A stretch of DNA of 64,000 nt from the human T2T-CHM13v2.0 reference genome, Homo sapiens, in NCBI RefSeq assembly GCF_009914755.1, contig NC_060938.1, one strand, 5' to 3'. The notes under the pieces were generated by a model. The model saw nothing but the letters and a program-made list of their open reading frames with translations, did no database searches and was not told the origin of the DNA. The translations under genes were made by a program, and so were the position numbers. Positions within the stretch are counted from its first letter, which is position 1. Each line of letters starts with the position of its first letter. This document shows, piece by piece, positions 14,753 through 28,605 of the stretch.

Positions 14753-15433
14753 TGAACCAGCATTTGGGGCCAGATGGGTAGGATAATTGAGATAAGGGGA
14801 ATATGGCACTGGGCAATAGACTGAAATCACATGTTAGTCATAGGAAAAGGGAATTTTCCAAGGCAGAATTTTGCTGCTGGAGGGTATTTTAGGATTAACT
14901 ATCTCTAGGTTTTCAGTGGAATGTCACAAACTTGGCTCTTTATGAGATTGGCTGGGCTCAGTGTGCTCTTCGATCATATTAATTAAATGAAAGATCGAGG
15001 CATCCTTATTTCCCTACTACAGGTGGCTCTCCATTCTCTGTAGCCTTTGCTGTTTCTTCCTCCAGGAGATCTCCTGTATCATGCCTTGGATGATAACTTC
15101 CATGAGAACATGGACCTCCACCTGTATAAGATTTGTGAGCCCCACAGCACCTAACACAGGGCCTTACATACTCACTGGCCATTATTTTTTAAATGAATGA
15201 ATAAAATACCACCTAGGCCAATAGGGCTCTCAGTCCTTCTTATGTTCTCATTTATTGACTAGGTTTTCCAGTACTTAATAAGAGGACTTAAAAGCAGTGG
15301 CTTATTTAATTTTGCATTTAGAAAAAGAAAGTTTATCTTTACCCATTGAATCTGACATCAATGGGAAATGGTAGATTTCCAGATCGTTAAAGACTACCAT
15401 CCTTTAAGTGCTAAGACTTTTCTTATTTTAGCT

Positions 15434-15540
15434 ACTATATAATATAATGTACATATACTATATAATACATATACATGTAATATAGATACATATACATATA
15501 AAATACATTATGTATAATTTAAAGATTATATATATTTATC
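15434..15540. repeat. AT-rich (TA/CA) low-complexity tract
   Basis: tatataatataatgtacatatactatataatacatatacatg... Confidence 0.7.
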
Positions 15541-15914
15541 TTTATTAAATGTATGTCCTTGGCTACTTAGAATACATAAAAAAGAATTCATTTTGATATA
15601 TTGATAATTCAAGATAATTATTATCAATATCAGTGACTTGACTTCCCTTAAAGGCTATTGAGGTGTGTAAAATTGCCTCTATGCTAAATGAGTTCTTCTG
15701 TCTAATTTTCATAAGAAGGGGAGAAAATGAAGGTTGTTGAGTTCAGAAGATGCCATCAGGATGACCATTGTTAGTGCTTCCTATAATACATGTGGTTTCT
15801 CTGGAAGCCTTTTGCCCTCCCAGTGTGCTGTATCTAACTGCACAGGAGACTGAGAAATGTAGCCTTTATTCTGGGTATCCATGTGTTCCCACAAACGTTT
15901 GGGTTTTTTATTAG

Positions 15915-16400
15915 TCATTTATTTATTTGACAAACTTTTACTTAGGACCTACTGTATGTCAAACACTCTTTTAGGTATTTGGGATGTATTTATGAACAAA
16001 GCAGGCAAAGATTCTTGGTCTCTTACATTCTTAGCAGGAAGAGACAAACAATAAACAATACATTCATAAATTTTATAGTATGTTAGAAAGGGATAAGTGC
16101 TATAGAAAAAGGTAGAACAAAAAAGAGGGTTGGGAATGCAAGGACAGGGGTCAGGACACAGGAGGAAACAGGTGGTCAGGGTAGAATTCATTGATAAGGT
16201 TTGAAAACCTTAAAGGAGCTGAGGGAGGGAGTTAACCATGCGGGCATCTGATGAGAAATCCCTAAGGGACAAGTACAGATAGAGGAAAGAGCAGCAAGTG
16301 CTGAGCCCTGGGGTGTCCCTCCAGTAAGAGGTGTGGGAGAAATGAAAGAACCTGCCAAGGACACTAAGAAGGTGGCCAATGGGGAAAATCAAGAGAAGAG
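15915..16400 (-). mobile_element. L2 (L2a-like) 3' end
   Basis: tcatttatttatttgacaaac...acctactgtatgtcaaacact...gaacaaagcaggcaaagatt. Confidence 0.75.
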
Positions 16401-17226
16401 GATGACAAAAACGTGTGTAATTTTTTTTTATTACAACTGAGAAACTATCTATCCATACACTTTTAGAAGTGAGTGAATAAATTCAATAGAGCCCAAGGGC
16501 CTCTCCTATGGCTAAATTAGTAGATGTAATAACAACAGTAATAATAAAAATAACTATAAAATTAACAGCAAACATTTATTGAGCACTGTTTACTATGTGC
16601 TTTGTATTTGTACCTTCATTAACAGGGGAGGAAACTGAAGCATAGAGAGGGGATGGAACATGCCCATAGTGCAGGTGCTTTTGGCTGGCCATCTAATTTG
16701 GTGCTCAGAGGAGACTGGCTTTGTAGCCTTGAATCCCTCAATTATACCCTGAATAAATGAGATGACAGGGCGTGACTCTCAATTAGATGAGGTACTTCTA
16801 TGCAGTGTTTTTCCTTTTTTTGCCTATTAACTCAAGTAATAGACTCACATGCTGAGTGACTAGCTTTATCTTCAAGTGACTCTAGGAGTTTTTTTTTTAA
16901 CATGCCAGTTAATTACTGTGAAAATTTCACCTAAGTTAGTCCCCAATTAGGATATATTCAACTCATTCCTATGATGATCTCTTTTTAGATTTATCTTAGT
17001 GCCTTTGAAACAGCTGATAAATGTTCTTCCATTTGCTGGCAGTTACTAATATTCACCCTAAAATTTTTCTTTTCTACACACTCCCTCCCAGCTATCCCTT
17101 GGCATTGCCTATGACAATGCCACTTGGTGTGATTACCATTTCTATTACTACCTCTAACCCCAAAGATGACAGTTCTTGAGAAGTGGAATCTGGGAGTTCT
17201 TGAAGTGCCTAACACATTTCTCACAC

Positions 17227-17513
17227 TTTTTTTTTTTTTTTTTTTTGAGACAGGGGCTCACTCTATCACTGAGGCTGGAGAGTGGTGTTGTACACCACCT
17301 ACTGCAGATTTGACGCCCTGGGCTCAAGTGATCCTCCTGCCTCAGCCCCCCACGTAGCTGGGACCACAAGCACGTGCCACCACGCAGCTAATTTTTGTAT
17401 TTTTTAGTAGAGATGGGGTTTAGCCACGTTGCCCAGGCTGGTCTTGAACTCCTGGGCTCAAGCGATCTGCCTGCCTCAGCTGGGATTACTGGTGGGAGCC
17501 ACCGAGGCTGGAT
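17227..17513 (-). mobile_element. Alu (AluJ-like)
   Basis: Poly-T followed by reverse Alu; TSD catttctca(c/t)actt on both sides. Confidence 0.93.
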
Positions 17514-18429
17514 CCATTTCTCATACTTGTATTCTTTCTTGGCCATTTTAATTTAGAAGGTAGTAGGGCCAACCTAACACTTGGGGCTTTAGAGGTTTGC
17601 TGCAGACAAAATATGCACAATTGAAGAGATTTTTGGAGTGAAAGAGATGGTTTCATTAAAAATATTATAATGATAGAGTAGAGGTTGTCTTTTTCATTGT
17701 TCTGCAGAAAAAGGCTGCTCATGTGTCCTAATATATGTAACATTCTGATTAAAGGCCTTGAGGAAAAATTTGGCATGTGCTGTATTAACAAAGGCAAACT
17801 CCACTTACATCTGCCAACAGCTGAAAGGCAGATTCTTGTGGTAAGATCTCTGAACTATAAACAATGCCATAATAACACTTGTAATTTGCGATGTCATCAG
17901 CTAAAATAAGAGACAATTATTACAAATCATATTGCTAATATTTTGAGAAACTGAGATATAATGTTGCTAAATCAAATTCCTGTGAATTCCACAGGGCGCT
18001 CAGCGCATTATAAGATTACCCTGTGCTCTAAGCATGTCCTCATTAAGGCTGCTGGCTACTGTGTTTTTATTGCTCCCCTGGGAGGTTTGTTGAGTTAATG
18101 CTGCCAGTAGGAAGTCGTGTTTTCCTAGCCTCCCTGGTATACAGGCCTCCCAAATAGGTCTGCAGCCAATGATGTGCTAGATTAGGTTATGATGATTTGT
18201 CTTGCCATCTCTGTGAAAAGTGAAGGCAATCAGAAGTCAGTGTGAAGTACGGTCTAGCCATGTAAATATCTAAATAATCTCATCACAAAAAGGAATGCTA
18301 TAGTAGGTCCAGGATGAAAGTATTGAAAGATAAGTAAATCAGTAGCATTAACGTTTTAGATTGGTGCTCATAGAGTTTGTGCTTTTGTCATCACTATCAC
18401 TATTGTTTAATTACGGTTAGAAAGGGCTA

Positions 18430-18672
18430 CTGAGCACTTACTGTGAGCTACGCACTGGGCAAAATGCTTCATGTGCATTATTTGATGATCCTTACCAAAC
18501 CTTATTAATCTAGGTGCTATTTTCAGCCCCATTTTACAGAGAAGATAACTGAGGTTCCTGGTTTACAGACTATGTTTATAGCCATGTGGTAAAGAAGAGG
18601 CTGAGCTGGCGTTTGAACCTAGATCTTCTTGTCTCATGAGCCTTCATTATTAACCATTATGCTATGCTGCCA
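18430..18672 (-). mobile_element. MIR SINE
   Basis: tgagcacttactgtg...ccccattttacagagaagataactgagg...tttgaacctagatc. Confidence 0.85.
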
Positions 18673-18879
18673 ACTTTATAGAGAACTTATAAATATGGCA
18701 AGGAAAACACCAACTTAGAATAGTTACAAAATCTTTGCTTATTGGCTTTTGTCTAGCAGGTTGTAAGGGTTAAAAAGTAAAGAATAGAGTTTTAAAGTAT
18801 TAGAAGATGATAACCTTCTAGTAATAATTTTATTTACCCAGTGTAAGACATATTTTTTCTAATTTCATTAAAAATTACA

Positions 18880-19010
18880 AGACAGGTATCATTATTCACC
18901 AATAAGCAAACAGAGAACCAGAGATTTAAACTGCTTAAGGTCATCCAAGTAGTAAAGAGTAGAGCCAAGATTTGAGGCCCCATCTACCTAATTCCAAACC
19001 TTGAATGCTT
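18880..19010 (-). mobile_element. MIR fragment
   Basis: ttaaggtcatccaagtagtaaagagtagagccaagatttgag. Confidence 0.6.
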
Positions 19011-19032
19011 TCAGCTTCCTCTGACAACCTCC

Positions 19033-19034
<2 letters not shown>

Positions 19035-19072
<38 letters not shown>
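19035..19072. repeat. (TG)19 microsatellite
   Basis: Perfect TG run. Confidence 0.97.
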
Positions 19073-19074
<2 letters not shown>

Positions 19075-19184
19075 GAAGGGTGGTGGGATGTGGGTGCATT
19101 ATTTGTGTCTCTGAGAATAGTGAGTTATGTGTGAGTTTTCTAGAAATACCCTACTAGTCTTATAATAAAAAGTTTACTATAAAA

Positions 19185-21400
19185 ATTCTTGGATTTGGAA
19201 TAAGCCTTAAAGGTTACCTTCTAAGACCAGCAACTCATTTGATGCTTGAGTGTGTCCCACAGTCACCCTATCAAGTGAGTCTCCAGTTTTTTGTTTTTTG
19301 CATATCCCAAATGTTGAAAAATTTATTGCCAAATCAGTCCTTCCGTATTCTGACATCTTTTACTATAGGGTGTCTAGCTTGGGCTCCCTCTTTCTCCCCT
19401 CTCTTGGTCCTGGTTTCAAATCTTTGAAATGTACAGAACAAGTCTGATCAATCTTCCGCAAGGAAACCATGTAAATATTTAAAGATGGCTATTTTGGTCC
19501 ACGTTGAATCTTTTCTAGTCCTCGGGGACCTCCCATATTGTTCAGCCATTCTTCTTGTGAAATAGATTTGGTTCTTTCTTGATGCCATTTAATCTGTGTT
19601 TTGGCTGTAGGAAAACACAGATGTTTCAAGGGATCTGTTCACCTTCTTAGAACATGATGCTTAGGATTAATCACTTTTCTCTCAGTGTGGTCTTACCAGA
19701 ATAGACCAGCAGAGCATGTCCATAACTTTGTTCTTTCTGGATACCACATTACCATCTTTCGTGACCTCTCTCTAAGCTTTTTCTCTTATGATGCTGTGAA
19801 GTTATACTGCCTCTAGCTGACGGATGTGCAATTGCTTTTGAACCTACCTAACAGACTTTTATCCTTATTCAGTTTTATCATGTTATATTTGCCTTTAACC
19901 CTAATTCTGTCATTCAATGTATTTATCAACTCTTCTAAGTAGTCAGTATTCAGTGCAGGAGACAGAGACCTCTCTAGGGATTTTCACCATGAAGAAATTT
20001 CACACATACTATTCTTAACAAATCATTGGAAGTACTGGAAGAATAGATTTTAAGTTGAGCCTTCAGAAATAACTCTCAGAACATTACAGAATTTTCCCAA
20101 CAGAGGAGTTACTACCTCCAAGGCCACTTCTGAAGTTGTGCATTCAAGAACACAAAGTCTTACGTGTGATCTAGGAATGAAAATGCTACCACCATTGTTG
20201 CTGTCACACCTTTTGACACCTAGAAAGATATCGAAGAGACACTGAAACACTGCTGCAGGAGAGCCTCGCATCTCCACAGCCTCTCCATGAAAAGTGGAAC
20301 ACAGAAATATCAAAAAGGGCAGAAAAGTGGGATCTGCTTCACTTCCACCTCCCACATTCTTCATGAGAGGTGCTAATTAGGCAATTTGTATCCAGAATCT
20401 TAGTTACAAGAGTTGTTTGCTTTTTCTGTTTTTAAAAGTTCTCCATAATCTTCAGCCAGAAGGAAGGCAAAATGGAGATTGAGCAGCCCAACCCCCAGTA
20501 TCTATCACATTTCCCAATTGTATGTAATCTACAAATTTACTATACTTTGCTTCAGGTGAATGAGTATACTGTGTATGTGATATGTATGTGTATGAGAGAT
20601 AGAAAGAATATAAACAGAGACACTCAAGTCATTGATAAAAATCGTTTTTGGCATGCTACTAGAATTTTCTGAATTTTTGTATGAGTGATATCCGTGGGTG
20701 TCCATGGGAATACAAAGGTTGAATTTGTTCAGCTATATCTTCTGATATTATGCCTTGCATAATTCAAGAGCTTTCAAGAGGAGCTTCACAATCTTGAGTG
20801 GAGATTCTTGGGTTGTTGGCTTCTCCTGCTCTAGACTGGAGGGCCTTTCCGAGGGAGGAGTTGAAGTCTCCTCTGGATGTTGAATAACTTTATGTGTGCT
20901 GTCACTACTGTGTGTCACAGGGCCACAACTTCAGGGGGCATGAGTTACAGTGCATTTGATATTGTGTTCTAGAGAGCTACATTCACCCAGAATACCATGT
21001 AAATTGTATTCTTTGAAGCTGGGCAAACTGGTGTCTGAGTAGGCCATTGGATAATGATAGCTTGTGGTTGAGCTTGGTCAATTTCATGCTATCTAAGGAA
21101 ATTAGACCTGCATACAATAGTTACATTGGTCTATAACATTTCTTCCACCTACCGGTTTAGTGACCCTGTTAAAAAAGAGAGATGAAGTTAATCGAATAAG
21201 GTTCTTGCTGGATTCTCATCACTTCTGCTTTCTGTTATAGTTACTCCAAAACATCCCTGTAACATATGTTTATTGCCCCCAAATTAATGTCAAGTTCTCC
21301 AAGATCAGTTGTAGAACTCCACTTTCCCTCTTTGAAAACTAGGTCTCCATTGATTTATCATCAGTTTCTTGCCCATTTCCTTCTCTTCACATGTGGTAAG
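19185..21400 (-). mobile_element. Ancient L3/CR1-like fragments, discontinuous, with probable old LTR/DNA-element insertions
   Basis: tcagtgtggtcttaccagaatag and gaccctgttaaaaaagagagatgaagtt resemble reverse L3. Confidence 0.4.
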
Positions 21401-21539
21401 TACTGTTGAAATCCCTCTCATACTGCCTCAGCTCTCACCATTCTTAGCAAGCCTATAGAGTTCTATCACAAGCACCTATAAATCTCTACCAGAGTTGTTT
21501 TTTTAAGGCTCAAATGATGAGGAAGGTTGGAATGGCGGA

Positions 21540-21845
21540 GAGTCAATGACCCAGAAGGAACTTTTGGCTACTGACTGATAGAGTTGGAGGTGATGTCCCA
21601 GCTTCCTTGTGCCATGGATAGGACCACTCCTAGACATTTTTACACTGTCTCACAGAGTTCTCTCGGCAGGATGGAGCCCCAGCTGTCTGCAGAGGTCACC
21701 TGGTCAGTAACTCTCCCTATATTGTCTTCTTTCTCTTTTCTCTCTCTTTTCCTCACTTTCTTACCCATGCTTGCTGACATCACCTCCTAAATAAAATGCT
21801 TGTATGCAAATCCTTTGCATCTACTTCTGGGGAACCCATCCTCAT
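21540..21845 (+). mobile_element. LTR16-like (ERVL) LTR, 3' portion
   Basis: cacctcctaaataaaatgcttgtatgcaaatcct...cttctggggaaccc resembles the LTR16 3' terminus. Confidence 0.65.
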
Positions 21846-23533
21846 GCATTTTGTACTTCAGAAACCCCATCTGGGCTGTGATGATTATTCCCAATCATCC
21901 AGAAACCCTGGGGAAACTTCACTGGAATTAGAGGCTTCCTTACAATGTCCCTGCTATGGCCTTCTTCTCTATCCAATCTGTGTTATCCTTTTCCATCTGA
22001 AGGTCATCTTTCTTAAAGAAAAGAAAAGTAAGATAGATGTTCACCAGCTTGTCTTGTTAACACTCAGCTGTAACTATTCTACAATTGGCTGCTCAAAAAC
22101 AAGTTTATTGCTTCATTGCCCATGCTCGAGTATAACTAAAGTTTCCATGGATCATCTTCAGTGTTTTCCTTAAGTTTCAGTTCAGTTAATGCCAAAGTTA
22201 ACCTACTTTTTTTTGTCATTGTTCATAGAAGTCCATGTCATCCTCTTATAATTGCTTTTGGTAACATCTCTCTTAACATATTATCTTTGTTTTTTAACAT
22301 GCTTTTGAGATGAGTTCATCGGAGAGTTCCCTATGGTTTAAAAGAGAAGGAAAGGTCTAGAGAGTAGATAGTAGTTATTGAGAATTATTAATCATCATTA
22401 CACTTTGAAGCCAGCTTATTGCTTCAGGAGTAAAAAATAAGTGTTGCTCCAAAAGGTTAACTTCTCCCCTCTCCTCCTCCTTCCATCAGTACCCCCCAAT
22501 GCTTTGAGTTATATGGACTAATCCCATTTGGCCAGAGAGAGGTATGGGTTCAAGAATTCCCTCAATTCTGTGAGAAGAATGTGGAAGAACGTTATTATAA
22601 AGATTTGTACGTAGAGGCAAATTTCAACACCCTTTAGATAACACATTCATTTCTCTCCATCAACTAAAGTTATCTAGCTGAGTCGGATTATCCTCTGCTG
22701 CATTCTGTAGGTACTAATTTTCACATTATTTTGATGCTTTTTGTCTCCTATCAGAGCCCTTATGGCTCTGTACTGCAACTGTATTTGGTTTGCTTGTCTC
22801 ATCCCTTGAGTTGCGAGATCTTGGAAACTTCAGCACAGTTGTGTGCCCACTGCCCAGTGTAGGGTCAGGGACATGGTGGGTTCTCAGTGCACATTTGTTG
22901 GACAAAGCAGAGCATGCCTGGCATGTGCTACTCAGGAAAGATAGCCTTTGTGCAGCATAGGTAACTGACTTTGGGAAGCAGAATTTTCCATGCAAAATCT
23001 TGAGCTTGCTACTGGTTACTGAGAAACCGACTCAGTGACTGGCATCTTGCCATACTTTGTAATCCTCTGGAAATTACATTTTGAGAACACAACCTCCCCT
23101 TTGTGACAGGCAATTAAATAACACATGACTGACTGAATATAAATTATACAGGTATTTTGATTAAAAAAATGTTTCGAGCACTTTCAATTTCAAAATATTT
23201 TTGATATTCATGACACATTAGTGTTAGTTTATAAAGGTGTCTGTTCTTCCTGTCAAGTTCTATTTGTGAATCAGGACATGAGTAATAGTGCTCAAATGCT
23301 GGTCATGTAGAATCTTATCTCTACCTTCTTGCTAAGGCAGGGCTGTGAGTGGCAGGGTGGAAACCATGGTATTATCATCAAAAAAAGTCTTCATTTGAAG
23401 TCAATGAAAAAATAGCGGCCCAAGAATTTGGGTCAAAACTCTTCTACTTGGAGAAAATACATACTTCTCTTTGAGAGTTCTTTAATGGAATATAAGCTAA
23501 TGGTGAAAGTGAAATTGAGGGTTTTATTAGCAT

Positions 23534-24145
23534 AACCAGGGTCTTCTGTTGTCCCATTCATATCCCTTGCCCATCTGCTTCAACACCATTGCACAATGAA
23601 TCTGTTGCATTTTGTGAGATTTTACTCTTCTTTAGTGGTATTTTGGGAAATTGGAATTGGCTCTTTCATATAGTAAAGCTCAGAAACCTTCATCCTCCCT
23701 GAATGATACCTGTTTATCACACTGCTTTTGGAAGGAGATGAAAGAGTTGTGGACTTAGCAAAATGTAGAGTCATTAAGGATTTTCCAGACATATTTAAGC
23801 ATGCTAATATTCTAAGAATGATATTTTAGCAGAAACATCTAATGTTTTGCCACTAGGTTATTTACAATACTAGATGAAGTTCAAGGAGTCTTTGGCTTTG
23901 CTTTTCATTTCCCTACAAATTATTTTCCAGCCTCTGTGGATTTTCTGAATTTTGTCTCCTAGAATTGACCACAAGAGAAGACTCCCTTTCAAACTCTTCA
24001 TTCTCTGGTTCAGAGGTTTGATGTAATGGTTGTCTCATCGTACATGGTCAGCCACAGGATATACTTCATCCATTTCAGAGCTGTACTGTGAGTTCCAGAA
24101 TAATCAATCTTTGAATCTTTGAACCAGGGTCTTCTGTTGTCCCAT
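23534..24145. repeat. Exact 24-bp direct repeat, copies at 23534-23557 and 24122-24145
   Basis: aaccagggtcttctgttgtcccat occurs twice, 588 bp apart. Confidence 0.95.
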
Positions 24146-24317
24146 ATATGTGAACATTCTAAGAGTACAATTATATCCAGACACATTTTTAAAACTTTGA
24201 TATTTGTTTAGATTACACCAATAGACAAAAGGCTAGAAAATATGATCAAGAAAATGTGCTAATCTTTTGGAAGTCAATGGAGTTCAGTGGCAGCAGAACT
24301 ATTGATTAAAAGTCCAG

Positions 24318-24839
24318 TTCTAGATCCTTGAGGATAAATCATGCTCCTATAAAGACACATGCACACACATATGTTTATTACGGCACTATTCACAGTAGCA
24401 AAGACTTGGAATCAACCCAAAATGTCCATCAATGATAGACTGAATTAAGAAAATGTGGCACATATATGCCATGGAATACTATGCAGCCATAAAAAAAGGA
24501 TGCGTTCATGTCCTTTGCAGGGACGTGGATGAACCTGGAAACCATCGTTCTCAGCAAACTATCACAAGGATAGAAAACCAAACACCACATGTTCTCACTC
24601 ACAGGTGGAAACTGAACAATGAGAACACTTGGACACAGGGCAGGGAACATCACACACCAGGGCCTATCAGGGTCTGGGGGGTCTGGGGGAGGGATAGCAT
24701 TAGGAGATATACCTAATGTAATTGATGAGTTAATGGATGGAGCAAACCAACATGGCACATATATACCTATGTAACAAACCTGCACGTTGGGCACATGTAC
24801 CCTAGAACTTAAAGTATAATAATAAAAAATAATAATTAA
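24318..24839 (+). mobile_element. 5'-truncated L1PA (PA5-7-like) 3' end with a 16-bp 5' inversion
   Basis: ORF2 end plus 3' UTR ending ctagaacttaaagtataata; TSD aaaagtccag at 24308-24317 and 24840-24849; inverted ttctagatccttgagg at 24318-24333. Confidence 0.93.
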
Positions 24840-25802
24840 AAAAGTCCAGAGTCAAGTGTTGACACTTTGTAATTCAACAAATTACATTGATTTATTACAT
24901 TTATTACACTAATCCTAGTTGCAGAGGTAGACAGATAAGTAAACAGAATAAATCACATTAGTGTTCTGAAGACTGTGATAGATATAAGGTTCGTGAATAC
25001 ATGAAACAGGGACAGCCAGCCCAATTGTTGGTTTTAACAATAAACCCTTTTATTGAGTGTTTATTATGTGCCAAGCACGAAAGTACTTTATATACATTAT
25101 ATTTAATTTAGCTACAGCTTTATGCACTCATTTATTTCATAGACAATAAACTTAGTATGGTCACCGATGTTGCCACCAAATTTGAGCACCACTTTTGCTG
25201 GCCAACTCTTATTTGCCATTTATCATGAAGCACGATCATGGCAATAGCTCTCTGACATACGAGTTGGTTAGAATTAGAACCATACTTTGTAAAATTCATT
25301 TCCTCTGACCAGACAAAAAAGGAGGACTGATTACAATAGGACTGCTAAGCTAATTACTTAGTGGCAAGCTGTAATTCCAAAACCACAAAAGAAGAAGGCA
25401 AAAGACATTCTAATAAAAATATGCTTCAGCAAGGCCTTAGGTCATATGGTATGAACATTTGCAGGATTTGTTTTGTTTTGTTTTGCAGCCTAAGTTCCAT
25501 GCTATAATCAGAAATATGTGGCACATTTTGAACAAAGGAAATATATACCCAACAAAGTGTTAAAATGGAGCTGCCAACCAGACAAACCCTAGAAATATGT
25601 AGCCACTTACAGGCAGAACACAACTACATGTGTTCCCAATGTGGAAGGCATTCCGGAAGTGTATGCATCCACATTTCTACATGAGGTTAGTTTCACTGTC
25701 AATGTATCAAAAATGGGAGATGATAATGTGCAAATTATAACCCTTCAATACAGGAATGCATTGTCTTAATTTTTGTTGTAGACATTAAAAGTGAACAAAA
25801 AC

Positions 25803-26250
<448 letters not shown>

Positions 26251-27434
26251 CTAAGATTCTATTCCTCCTGAAAGGTTGGAATTGCTTTGGGGCCAATATA
26301 TTTTATTCATTACTGATATCCTTCAAAACGCACCTTTACTTCACAAGTAGAAACATATTGACAACCTAATAATTGGGTTGATAACTTGTTAGGTGGAAAC
26401 CCAATTCCTGAGAAAGAGAAAGCAACACTGATTCTTCCTTTTCTCAAGCAAACACCACAACACAAAACTGAGCAAATCTACCAGTGGGCAAGAGCCTAGG
26501 ATTGATAAAAATGGAGGTTCCCATCTTTATTTTTCTTCTCTCCCTCCTGTTTCTCCAGGGCAGCCTGCCTCCTCCCCTCACCCCCCAGCTTTAGTTGCTG
26601 GTGCCCAGATCATATCGTGGAATTGTACAGGTGTAAGTTAAAAATAAACTTAGAGCAAATGATTCTCTTTTGATTCCCTACCCAATCCACACTCTTCCCT
26701 GTCCCCTCTATGTCATTCCTGGCAGGTGGACATGAAGCTCCAGGTAAGAGGCAAGCATCCGTGTTCAAATGACCATTCCCAGTTTGAATGACTTTGTTTG
26801 CAGGATCTTACTTCTGCTTAACTAAATTTGTACCCCACCCTCTATGCACTTAAAATCCCTTTAAAATTTGTTGATCCTTAGTTACCTCCCTGGAGCTCCT
26901 TCTATTTATACACAATAACTGGTTTCCAAATATTGAAAATCAACTCTTGTAGCCCCTCTAGTTTTTGTTTACTTACTTGCTTCATTCCCCACGGGCTGAA
27001 CACTCCAGTTCCCTGGACTTTTCTCATATGATATGTACTCGAGCTCTTTATGCCCAGATTTTTGGGGGGTGATTTACTATCTTAGCAGGCTATCAAATCT
27101 CTGGCTTTGCTCCCCAGTATAGGACTATGCACCTCCTCACACTTCCGCCTGCAGCCATGCCTGATCTATGTCTCAGGTTGACTTTATATTTCAGTAGCCC
27201 TCTTAGGTTGCAACTTTTCTTCCTAAAAACTCATGCTGAGCTCCTCTGAGGACCCAGGTGTATGACTTGATGTCTCTGCCACTCTCCTCTTTTTGTGCAT
27301 CAGTCTAGGCTGTCAGATTTAATTTTGGTTTTTATTTTTCATCTGGAAGCAATTGGTCAGTGTGCCTTTTATATCTTTATTCATTCCCATACAATTGCTG
27401 AACAAGACTGAGTTAAGCACAGAATTCAGTAAGA

Positions 27435-27620
27435 AGTATTGGCTAAGAGAGCAGTCTCAGGAGTTTGGCAGATTTGGGTTAACCTCTCAAAGTTCCCATT
27501 TCCTCATCTTTAAAATGCTGGCACTAGTTCTGCCCTCATGAAGTGGTTGTGTGGATTAAATTAGATAAATTGTCTAGCACACTATCTGGTCTACAATAAG
27601 GACTCATAAAATGTTAGCTG
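27435..27620 (+). mobile_element. MIR SINE
   Basis: tttcctcatctttaaaatg...gttgtgtggattaaattagataa...aaatgttagct. Confidence 0.7.
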
Positions 27621-27759
27621 CGCTTAGTATTTCAGTATCATGAATGACCTTTTTATAAATGCTGATGTCCTGATAAACATCTTCTCTGGCCCCTGTTGTA
27701 TTGAGAAGAGGTAAAGAGCAAGGTGTCCTGGGTCTCCAGGGATGCTAGAGAAATAAGTA

Positions 27760-28605
27760 GAGGTTGAGTGCAGGGAGTCTGAAGCTCCAGCATGGCTGCT
27801 CACTGAGTGACCCAGGCAAGGCATTTAATCTCCCAGGGTCTCAGAGTCCTCATTTGTAAAATGGGGATGATAGCCTTGACCCCTATAGGGCTGAAAAATT
27901 GGGTTACCTTTCCTCAGCCATCATAAGGGTCATGGCCAATACACCTATAACGAAAGGTAGGTTAACAAGAGAAAACCCATAACAAATTGATTTAATCAAA
28001 GTTTTGTGTGATATGGAGCTTCAGAAATGAAAACCCAAAGACCCAGGGAAAATTGTCCATTCCTATGCTTAGGTTCAGTAAAGTATGGACAGCTGTGTAG
28101 AAATGTGATAGGAAAAAAGAATATGATCTATTGATAATAGACTGAGAGGGAAATCCAGCAAGGCCTGTCTGTTTAGAGCCTTTCCGGCCTCTCTCTGCGG
28201 CATTCCTTTCCTCTGGGTGTGGGTCAGGACACCTGTCACATGAGAGTCTTCAAGGCAGAAGGGAGAAGATCACAGAGTGACCTCTCTAGGTTTTACTGGC
28301 TTGCTTTGGGAAGAGGAATTCTAGTGTCTAAGATCTACCTTGGGGGAGAGAAATTTTGGTTTCTATGAATTGCTTTGGGGACAGAAAAAGGGGCAGGAGA
28401 CAGGAAGATGGGAGAAGGTCAGAGAGACCTTGCTTCTGAGGCCCCTCCAATGTCTTTCAGTTCCAAGTACTCAGCATGCCAAGGCTCCATACATTTAGGG
28501 TGTAATATTCTGAGCCCTGACACTTCATGGGGCACTGGGAAGATTTAATGAGGTAATATATGTAGAACAGCACCTGACACAATAGAAATAATAGTGTTTA
28601 TTATG
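27760..28605 (+). mobile_element. MIR split by the MER39-like LTR
   Basis: ctcagagtcctcatttgtaaaatggggatgatag [LTR] cttcatgggg...gatttaatgaggtaatatatgtagaac. Confidence 0.7.
27884..28522 (-). mobile_element. MER39/MER34-family (ERV1) solo LTR
   Basis: Reverse complement begins tgtcagggctcagaat...ttggcatgctgagtacttggaactgaaag, the MER39-type 5' end. Confidence 0.75.

Noticed and set aside
20915-21030. Possible MER91-like hAT fragment
   Set aside because: Similarity is too weak to call by eye.
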